DNA of 64,000 nt from a virus: positions 634-64,633 of IMG/VR virus record IMGVR_UViG_3300021431_000015; one strand, written 5' to 3'. Position 1 is the stretch's first letter. The number at the start of each line of letters is the position of its first letter. The position numbers were made by a program, and so were the translations under genes. The notes under the pieces are model-generated. The model worked only from the letters and a program-made list of their open reading frames with translations, was not told the origin of the DNA and searched no databases. This document shows, one piece after another, positions 17,814-24,587 of this stretch.

Positions 17814-18645
17814 GCTAATCAGGCAGATGGACGATGCCACCGTCTGGCAGCTCTTGAAGTACCACGTCGATGCGGGGCACGATTTGAAGGACGTGGTGTT
17901 CGAGCAGCAGATGGCGTTGCTCTGGAAGGAATGCGGCATGCAGGTATACGACTTCGACCCGGATTTCACGCAGTCCATCCTGAACGAGAACTGGGTCGAC
18001 TTGCTGCCGGACTGCATAGGCAACAGGCCATACGACTGCTTCTACATGAAGCTGCCCTGCGGCAAGCAGAACGAGGGCGTCGTGGTGTTCGTCGTCGGCA
18101 CCGACCGGATTGACGGCTTCAGGCCGGACTGGTTCCCCGGTGCGCTTGACGCGAAGGGCGTCTACGTCGGCGGCAACGGGGAGGAGCGTACCATCGTCAA
18201 CACGGGTGAGGAGACGCTCTGCCTGTGCTACTTCGCCATATCGAAGACGATTGACCTGATGTTCGACGACACGCCGCTCGAACGATACCCGAACTCGCTG
18301 GTCGCGAACGGCGTGGCCTACCTGTGCTCGCTCAATGCGGACATAACGCCCGTGTACAAGCCGCAGCCCAGTCTCAGGCGCAACAACGCCAAGCGCCGCA
18401 GCAACGCCACATGGTACGATGTCGGGGCCAGGGTCGGCTCCGAACTCAGGGCCTACACGCACGTGAAGTCCGGCCACAAGCCGCATCAGGGCGGCACGGT
18501 CAGGCCGCACATGCGCAGGGCGCATTGGCACCACTTCTGGACTGGCCCAAGGGACGGGGCGCGGAACCTCGTCCTCAAATGGCTCCCGCCGACAATCGTG
18601 GGCGCCGGGAAGCCGGACTCCCCCACTTTGCACAAGGTCGGGTAA
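17752..18645 (+). CDS. hypothetical protein (297 aa) with His/Trp-rich C-terminal motif RAHWHHFWTG
   Basis: GAGGAGGAAGTGT-ATG; no family recognised by eye. Confidence 0.7.
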   Translation: MARKRELTVERWSENLATERELIRQMDDATVWQLLKYHVDAGHDLKDVVFEQQMALLWKECGMQVYDFDPDFTQSILNENWVDLLPDCIGNRPYDCFYMKLPCGKQNEGVVVFVVGTDRIDGFRPDWFPGALDAKGVYVGGNGEERTIVNTGEETLCLCYFAISKTIDLMFDDTPLERYPNSLVANGVAYLCSLNADITPVYKPQPSLRRNNAKRRSNATWYDVGARVGSELRAYTHVKSGHKPHQGGTVRPHMRRAHWHHFWTGPRDGARNLVLKWLPPTIVGAGKPDSPTLHKVG

Positions 18646-18663
18646 TGCTCTACACTCTGGCCC

Positions 18664-19293
18664 ATGGATTACAGGGTGCATGGATTCAGGCATGGGGATT
18701 ATCTAATCCGCAACGTAGACGAGTACCGGCCTTACTGGTCGGAGGTCAGGGACGTGCTCGATTCCATCACCGAATCGCGGATAATCGCCCATTTCCAGGA
18801 TAACTATGAGGGTAGGAAGAAATCCATCTCGCTGTCCCTCAACGCGCTCCTGAAGGAGGAGTTCGTGGCACGTGGATGGAATGCGGAGTCGCAAATCTTC
18901 TCCGAAGCAGAATACGCCGACAACCAGAGCATTTTCAGGCTCGATTTCGCCAAGGGGATAGTCTCCATCGAAGTCGCGTTCAACCACGGCAACGACGCGC
19001 CCTGGAACCTCCTGAAGCCCACCCTGGCAAGCGAGTTGAACCACGTGGAGAAGGCCATCCAGACGGAAATCGGCATCATCATCACCGCCACCGACGAGAT
19101 GAAGGCCAGCGGCGGTTTCGACGCCGCAGTCGGCTCATACGAGAAGTACATCCGCTTCCTGCGCCCCATGGGCATGCTGTTGACCGCCCCGCTCGTGATA
19201 ATCGGGCTCGAAGCCCCGAAGACGTTCCATGTGGAGCATGAATCCCGGAACGGCAAGAAGCTGGGGCATATCGTCCGCGATTTGAACGTTTGA
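18664..19293 (+). CDS. type II restriction endonuclease, BglII/BamHI-like fold (predicted)
   Basis: GIVSIEVAFNHGNDAPWNLLK and EIGIIITATDE align with BglII ..TLVEVQFSNYPFLLNN.. and ..KVAIIITKG.. catalytic core; directly upstream of a C5-MTase. Confidence 0.65.
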   Translation: MDYRVHGFRHGDYLIRNVDEYRPYWSEVRDVLDSITESRIIAHFQDNYEGRKKSISLSLNALLKEEFVARGWNAESQIFSEAEYADNQSIFRLDFAKGIVSIEVAFNHGNDAPWNLLKPTLASELNHVEKAIQTEIGIIITATDEMKASGGFDAAVGSYEKYIRFLRPMGMLLTAPLVIIGLEAPKTFHVEHESRNGKKLGHIVRDLNV

Positions 19294-19349
19294 TCCGAAG
19301 CGGACTATCTGATACCATCGAAAACCGAATAAGACGAAGGGAGTAACGC

Positions 19350-20642
19350 ATGATTCGCGTCGCTGAGATGTTTGCCGGAGTCGGCGGGTTCCGCCTGGGC
19401 CTGGAGGGCTATGGAAAGCCCGGTGACAAGCTCTACAAGCCGCCTGCTGGCAATTTCAAGACCGTCTGGGCCAACCAGTGGGAACCGCCGGGAACTCCGG
19501 CCCGCCAGTTCGCCTGGAAATGCTACGAAAGCCGCTTCGGCGAGGGTTCCTGCGTCAACGAGGACATCGAGAAGGTCTTGGACGACTATGAGGCCGGGAA
19601 ATGCGAGATTCCCGACTTCGATATGCTCGTAGGCGGGTTCCCGTGCCAGGACTACTCAGTTTCCAAGCCAGCTCGCCTTGCGGAAGGCATAGAGGGCAAG
19701 AAGGGCGTGCTGTGGTGGTCAATCCAGCGAATGCTCAGGCTCAAAAGGCCGAAGTACGTCCTCCTGGAGAACGTGGACAGGCTCCTGAAGTCCCCGACCG
19801 GAAAGAGGGGCCGCGATTTCGCAATCATGCTCTCCTGCCTGGCCCAGTTGGGCTATTCAGCCGAATGGCGCGTCATAAACGCCGCAGACTACGGGATGCC
19901 ACAGCGGAGAAGGCGCGTCTATATCTTCGCAAAGCTCGGAGAGCCAATCTCCAACCCAAAAAGCGCGCACAAAGGAGTTTTCGCAAGGCTCATGGCGCCG
20001 CCCTTCGACCCCGAGAACGTGATTCTGCGCAACGGAATCTTCGCAAGGGCCTTCCCTATCACCGATACCGTCGAAATCAGCAGCTTTCCCATCCCGAAAG
20101 ACCCGTATCAGGCTTCTGAGGACTTCGGCGAGCCGAAGGCGTCGCCTTTCGGCACGGCAGGATGCATGTTCGGCTGCAACGTGTGGACCTGCGCCATCCA
20201 ACCGGCCTACGAAGGCTCGAAAACCGTCCTCGGGGACATCCTCGAACCCGATTCCATCGTACCGGAGGAGTTTTTCATCGCCGATGACGCCCTGGAACGT
20301 TGGAAATACCTCAAAGGGGCGAAGAAGGAACCCAGAACGGCCAGGAACGGCTTCGAGTACATGTACTCGGAGGGTCCAGTGGCCTTCCCCGACCCATTGG
20401 ACAAGCCATCGCGCACGATTTTGACCTCGGAGGGCGGGAAATCGCCGTCCAGGATGAAGACCGTCGTGCGTGGAAGCTCTGGAAGACTCCGTAGGCTCGT
20501 CCCCGACGAATTGGACGCCCTTCAGATGTTCCCGAAGGGCTGGACCGAGGGCATGACGGACGGCCATCGGGCGTTCTGCATGGGAAATGCGCTCGTTGTG
20601 GGTATTCCGCACAGGATTGGGGCTGAAGTCGCTCGACTATAG
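19350..20642 (+). CDS. DNA (cytosine-5)-methyltransferase
   Basis: motif I FAGVGGF, motif IV GFPCQDYS, motif VI ENV(DRLL), motif VIII QRRRRVYIF, motif X GNALVVG. Confidence 0.9.
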   Translation: MIRVAEMFAGVGGFRLGLEGYGKPGDKLYKPPAGNFKTVWANQWEPPGTPARQFAWKCYESRFGEGSCVNEDIEKVLDDYEAGKCEIPDFDMLVGGFPCQDYSVSKPARLAEGIEGKKGVLWWSIQRMLRLKRPKYVLLENVDRLLKSPTGKRGRDFAIMLSCLAQLGYSAEWRVINAADYGMPQRRRRVYIFAKLGEPISNPKSAHKGVFARLMAPPFDPENVILRNGIFARAFPITDTVEISSFPIPKDPYQASEDFGEPKASPFGTAGCMFGCNVWTCAIQPAYEGSKTVLGDILEPDSIVPEEFFIADDALERWKYLKGAKKEPRTARNGFEYMYSEGPVAFPDPLDKPSRTILTSEGGKSPSRMKTVVRGSSGRLRRLVPDELDALQMFPKGWTEGMTDGHRAFCMGNALVVGIPHRIGAEVARL

Positions 20643-20672
20643 TAAAAAAGCCCTCCATCTGGAGGGCTTTTC
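20643..20672. terminator. bidirectional rho-independent terminator at the convergence of the + block and the - early operon
   Basis: aaaaa-agccctcc-atct-ggagggct-ttt: perfect 8-bp GC stem flanked by A-run and T-run. Confidence 0.6.
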
Positions 20673-20675
20673 CTT

Positions 20676-20888
20676 CTATTCGGTCTCTACGTCTATAATC
20701 TCAGGCTCATTCTTCTCGAACGCAGCCTTCATGCCATCGTCAATCATCTGCTTCGCAGCATGGTACACGCTCCTGGTCACATGCATTCGCTCGAGCATGG
20801 TCAGCTCAAGCTCGTCCATGGCCGCGCAGACGGCATGGATGCCAGCTTCGACCCTGGCGTGGCTGAAAACATCCTTTTCCTCGTCCAT
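20676..20888 (-). CDS. small acidic protein (70 aa)
   Basis: AGGAGGGGAC-ATG on - strand; last gene of early operon. Confidence 0.55.
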   Translation of the reverse strand: MDEEKDVFSHARVEAGIHAVCAAMDELELTMLERMHVTRSVYHAAKQMIDDGMKAAFEKNEPEIIDVETE

Positions 20889-20896
20889 GTCCCCTC

Positions 20897-21793
20897 CTAA
20901 TGCGGTATTCCGCAGTAATCCAAGACCTCTCCGATTCCCAGCTTGTCCATGCAATAGCGGTACTGGGCCGGGTAGTCGTCCTTCATCCGCTGGAACCTGT
21001 TCGGCTCGGGCTCCAGCTGCACACCGAACATGCAGAACATGCATCCAGTGCGGTCAAGCCCAGTTGACCAGGTGAAGCCGTAGCCTTCCTTTATCTCGCC
21101 ATAACATGACGCATACTCGATGCCCGTCTGCTTGATGTAGTCGAGCACGTCCTTTTCCGTCCAGAACGCCATCGGCATGGAGATCGGCCTCCGCCCACCG
21201 AAGATGTTGCAGCCATGCCGCATGTACTGCCCGGCTCTCTGGTTGCTCTCGCAGGCCATGGTGCCGACCATGCCCTTGCGGCCGGTCTGGCGCTCGTACC
21301 GCCTGAACGGTTCTTTCTTCATCACGTCGCAACACTTGTCGCTGACCTCGAATGGCGCATCGAGCAACGGCAACCACTTCTTGTTAATGGCGAACCTGCC
21401 ATGAATCCTGGCATTGCGCAGCTTCTCGCTCTTGGTGTGCTTGTATTCGCGTATCCTCTGGGCCTGCTCCTTTGACGGAAACGGGTAACCATGCTCCTGG
21501 ATTACTCTCTTGAAGTTCATCTTTGGCTTCAGCACGGCGTCTGCGTATTTAATGCCCATCTTCCTGACCTCCGGGTATTCCAGCCCCGTATCGCAGAAGA
21601 CGGCGGGGATGTCTGGGTACATCCCCTTCGCCACATGCCTGAGAACCGTAGAGTCCTTGCCGCCGCTGAAGCTAACGTATACGTTTCCATCGAAATGCTC
21701 GTACCAAGCCCGGATTCTGGTCTCGGTCATGCGCACCTTGGCTTCCAACGGCAATTTCTGGCGCTGCTTGAGCGTCTCCCTGGAGACCTCCAT
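20897..21793 (-). CDS. PP-loop ATP pyrophosphatase of the PAPS-reductase/DndC-like phage family
   Basis: SFSGGKDS PP-loop motif near N-terminus; Cys-rich C-terminal half typical of phage PAPS_reduct+DUF3440 proteins. Confidence 0.8.
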   Translation of the reverse strand: MEVSRETLKQRQKLPLEAKVRMTETRIRAWYEHFDGNVYVSFSGGKDSTVLRHVAKGMYPDIPAVFCDTGLEYPEVRKMGIKYADAVLKPKMNFKRVIQEHGYPFPSKEQAQRIREYKHTKSEKLRNARIHGRFAINKKWLPLLDAPFEVSDKCCDVMKKEPFRRYERQTGRKGMVGTMACESNQRAGQYMRHGCNIFGGRRPISMPMAFWTEKDVLDYIKQTGIEYASCYGEIKEGYGFTWSTGLDRTGCMFCMFGVQLEPEPNRFQRMKDDYPAQYRYCMDKLGIGEVLDYCGIPH

Positions 21794-22213
21794 CTATTCC
21801 CCTTGGAAAACAACGTCGCCGAACAGCTTCTTGTAGCGCGACCTCGGGCCGTACAGCTTCTTCATGGCCGCAGCCCAGATGCCCTTCTCCACGTCCGGTT
21901 CGTCGCCGTCGGAGCACCTGACGATGGTCTTGTCCCCGTCATTCCAGATGACGACCGTCACCTTCTTGTCCTCGGAGACGTAGATGCGCTTGGGCTCCGG
22001 GGCTCCCGTCTTGAACACAATCCCGCCATCCGCGCTGATTCTCAAGGCGGTGTCGATTGGCAACGTGGCCTTGACGATACACCCCGCCGGGTACATGCGC
22101 CGCTGGCGGATGCATCTCATGATTTCGGCCATGTCCAAGCCTATGTCTTTCAGCTCGCCCTCGTCCACAGTGAGGATGTTCTTGTTCGTCAGGAAATTGT
22201 TTTCTAGCTGCAT
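21794..22213 (-). CDS. hypothetical protein (139 aa)
   Basis: ATG chosen 15 nt inside ORF because of GGAGG at proper spacing. Confidence 0.5.
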   Translation of the reverse strand: MQLENNFLTNKNILTVDEGELKDIGLDMAEIMRCIRQRRMYPAGCIVKATLPIDTALRISADGGIVFKTGAPEPKRIYVSEDKKVTVVIWNDGDKTIVRCSDGDEPDVEKGIWAAAMKKLYGPRSRYKKLFGDVVFQGE

Positions 22214-22232
22214 GTGGAACCCCTCCAATTTA

Positions 22233-22832
22233 TTACCTCCCCCATTGGGTTGCCATGGCTTCCGCTATTCCCGGAAACGTCCGGCTCCTGTAGATTCTCC
22301 TCAGTTCGTTCTTGATTCCACCGGCGTCATGCCAATCGGGGAAGCTCTTGCCAGTTGTCGTCTCCATGCGCTCTCCAGGAGTGACCACGTTTGTCGGCTC
22401 CAGCTTCGGAAGTCCTTTCAGCCACAGGCATGTCGCCTTCGTAGTCGGTTCTCCAAACATCCACGGCTGGATAATCTGGTCTGGCTTGCGATAGAGGTTC
22501 GACATTATTCCCGGTGGGTTCTCTATTGCCACCTTCGGAACATGATCGAGCGCGGTGAACCCAAGAAATAGGCCGATGCCGGTTTGCTGCCTTCCGTCCC
22601 TGCGCTTCTGCTCGAACCACTTTGCTCCTGAGTTCGCAAGATGCGTGCAAGGAGGAAAGGCGATTACCATATCCCAATCCATCTTTGCTATTTCCAGCGC
22701 ATCACCTTGAATGTGGTATTCGGGATGATTGCCTATCGTCGGCAGCAGGTCGCAGCTATACGCCTCGATGCCACCCCTGCGCAGCCGCCAAGTAACCTCC
22801 TGCGTCATCTCGCAAGCAACGAGCACCCTCAT
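22233..22832 (-). CDS. truncated C5-cytosine-methyltransferase-like protein lacking the SAM-binding Gly motif and the target-recognition domain (about 199 aa)
   Basis: MRVLVACEMTQEV..LRRGGIEAYSCDL aligns to MTase motif I region but FxGxGG is replaced by ACEMTQ; AFPPCTHLANSGAK in place of GFPCQxFSxAG (motif IV, Cys kept); PKVAIENPPG in place of ENV (motif VI); GKSFPDW resembling motif IX; no variable/TRD region. Confidence 0.55.
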   Translation of the reverse strand: MRVLVACEMTQEVTWRLRRGGIEAYSCDLLPTIGNHPEYHIQGDALEIAKMDWDMVIAFPPCTHLANSGAKWFEQKRRDGRQQTGIGLFLGFTALDHVPKVAIENPPGIMSNLYRKPDQIIQPWMFGEPTTKATCLWLKGLPKLEPTNVVTPGERMETTTGKSFPDWHDAGGIKNELRRIYRSRTFPGIAEAMATQWGR

Positions 22833-22854
22833 TCGGCACCGCCTACCATCGTTC

Positions 22855-23100
22855 TCATTTTCGGCTCCTCTCAACACCGTTATTCGCCGCCAGCTCGTCG
22901 GCTTCAGCATCAAGCTCCTCGACCTCGAGCTGCTTGATGCAGAACGCATGGTAGATTTCGTCAACGGCGTGGAAGACCTCGTCATTATGGTGCTCTTCAT
23001 CGAAAAGCAGGTACTCCATCGCCATGTTGAACTCGTCTCTCAGGCTGAGGCTTTCGTATTTGTGGGTCCTGTACCATTCGTCGTACTTGTAATAGGGCAT
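22855..23100 (-). CDS. hypothetical protein (81 aa)
   Basis: GGAGAAG RBS; start moved to internal ATG of longer ORF. Confidence 0.5.
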   Translation of the reverse strand: MPYYKYDEWYRTHKYESLSLRDEFNMAMEYLLFDEEHHNDEVFHAVDEIYHAFCIKQLEVEELDAEADELAANNGVERSRK

Positions 23101-23119
23101 GCCTGCTTCTCCCTTCGTA

Positions 23120-23530
23120 CTACTCTCCTGTGCTGCCAAACCCTGCATCGCCACGCGGGGTGGAGTCCAGCGCGTCAACCAGCTCGAACCCGACGTATTC
23201 AACGGGAATCACCACCAGCTGCGTCACCTTGGAACCGCTCGCCAGCGTGCATGGGACGTCGGAATGGTTGTACAGCTTCGCCACGATAGACCCCGTGTAG
23301 CCCTCGTCGACCACGCCTTCCGACGTGATGCCGTGCTTGACGTTCAGGCCGGACTTGCTCTTGAGCATGCCCACCGTGTTCGGCGGCAATTCCACGTGAA
23401 CCCCGGTGTCGATGACCGCGCTCCCGTGGGCGGGAACCGTCACGTCGACCGGCGTGCGGAGGTCCGCCCCCGCATCGGTCGCGTGCGCACGGGTCGGCAT
23501 ATACGCCCCATAGTCCAGGACTACTCGCAT
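23120..23530 (-). CDS. dut: dUTP diphosphatase (dUTPase)
   Basis: ATDAGADL, GMLKSKSGL, VVDEGYTGS and C-terminal RGDAGFGSTG dUTPase motifs; GGAGGAAGC-ATG. Confidence 0.85.
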   Translation of the reverse strand: MRVVLDYGAYMPTRAHATDAGADLRTPVDVTVPAHGSAVIDTGVHVELPPNTVGMLKSKSGLNVKHGITSEGVVDEGYTGSIVAKLYNHSDVPCTLASGSKVTQLVVIPVEYVGFELVDALDSTPRGDAGFGSTGE

Positions 23531-23904
23531 GCTTCCTCCTTCATGGCTTCCTCGAACTGTGCGCAGATGGCGTCGTAATCGTCTCCGGGAACCGCCCGGA
23601 AGTAATGGTCGCGGTACGTGCAGTCGAACGAATCGTCCATGCCCTCGATGAACGTGTCGTGGGACTCCTCCCACTTGTCGGCATCGAAGAACTCGTAGTT
23701 GCCGCCGCCGCAACGGGTGTGGATGTAGACCACGTCCTCGCCGCAATGCCTTGCGAACATCCGCTCCTGCTCGTTTACCGGGTCGTCGAGCGTCTCGTGC
23801 TTCATGAAGCGCACGCCCCGGAACCTCGGGATGGGGCCGTAGTGCTCCTCCACGTATGTCTTGATGGACTCGACTTCGCCGAGCATGTATGCGTATAGGT
23901 CCAT
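23521..23904 (-). CDS. hypothetical protein (127 aa)
   Basis: long ORF, AGGAGG RBS. Confidence 0.6.
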   Translation of the reverse strand: MDLYAYMLGEVESIKTYVEEHYGPIPRFRGVRFMKHETLDDPVNEQERMFARHCGEDVVYIHTRCGGGNYEFFDADKWEESHDTFIEGMDDSFDCTYRDHYFRAVPGDDYDAICAQFEEAMKEEACE

Positions 23905-24113
23905 TATTCTTTCCTCCTCGCCGCCCTATGGCAGAAGCCGTTGGGCCTGGTCTTGACTTCCAGCAGCTCGCACCAGCTCGTACCTGGCCGCTCCCCGTCC
24001 GGGTCGGCCAGAAGGCTGTACGCTATGCAATCCCGGCACCTGACTATCGGCTCCGGCGTGCACGTGGAACCGTGGTCCAGCGTGACTATGGCCTCAATCA
24101 CAGCAGCCTCCAT
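23904..24113 (-). CDS. small CxxC zinc-finger protein (69 aa)
   Basis: CTPEPIVRCRDC...C; internal ATG chosen; overlaps upstream gene by 16 nt. Confidence 0.45.
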   Translation of the reverse strand: MEAAVIEAIVTLDHGSTCTPEPIVRCRDCIAYSLLADPDGERPGTSWCELLEVKTRPNGFCHRAARRKE

Positions 24114-24406
24114 CTCTCGGGCAGGTCGCCCAGCTCGGTTTTGTCCATCGGCACGGACAGGATGACGTCGCGCATGTCCCTGACCAATTCCAGCAGCTCG
24201 TAGTAATCGGGGGCCTTCTCCCATGAGTGCCCGTAGGACGTTCCACGCAGCTTGCGTGCCGCCATCCTTATGTTCGTGGCAACGGAGTTTCGCTGCCCCC
24301 TTTCGGGGTGCAAGACCCCCCACTCCCTCATCGTGGCATCGGCGGCGTCAATCGAGCTTGCATATACCATCCCGTCATCCCGCCTTACTGGCTGCGCCAC
24401 GCTCAT
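24098..24406 (-). CDS. hypothetical protein (102 aa)
   Basis: protein-like composition; ATGA overlap with upstream mini-ORF. Confidence 0.55.
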   Translation of the reverse strand: MSVAQPVRRDDGMVYASSIDAADATMREWGVLHPERGQRNSVATNIRMAARKLRGTSYGHSWEKAPDYYELLELVRDMRDVILSVPMDKTELGDLPERWRLL

Positions 24407-24495
24407 TTATCGCTCCCCGCCTTGCATACCGCGATGGCCGCGAACGCCACCATCCCGCCGACAATCATCCCGGCGATAAACCAACCCGCTTCCAT
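24403..24495 (-). CDS. possible 30-aa membrane peptide (MEAGWFIAGMIVGGMVAFAAIAVCKAGSDK)
   Basis: single TM helix, ATGA-coupled to downstream gene. Confidence 0.3.
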   Translation of the reverse strand: MEAGWFIAGMIVGGMVAFAAIAVCKAGSDK

Positions 24496-24587
24496 GCAAT
24501 TCCCCCAATCTGGGCGCACTCTGCCACCGCCTGACAGCCGCAGGCGCTCCCATCCGATAAGTTGTCCATCTGACTTGAGAACGGGGC

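Noticed and set aside
22233-22832. Thymidylate synthase / dCMP hydroxymethylase (because of the PPC(T)H-like motif)
   Set aside because: Other TS signatures (R..YG.QWR, DLGPVYG, QLYQRS.D) are absent, while the order and spacing of motifs fit the C5-MTase scaffold.
22233-23000. Longer 255-aa version of the MTase-like ORF starting at 23000
   Set aside because: The N-terminal 56 residues are low-complexity Ser/Arg junk overlapping a well-formed gene (22855..23100) in another frame.
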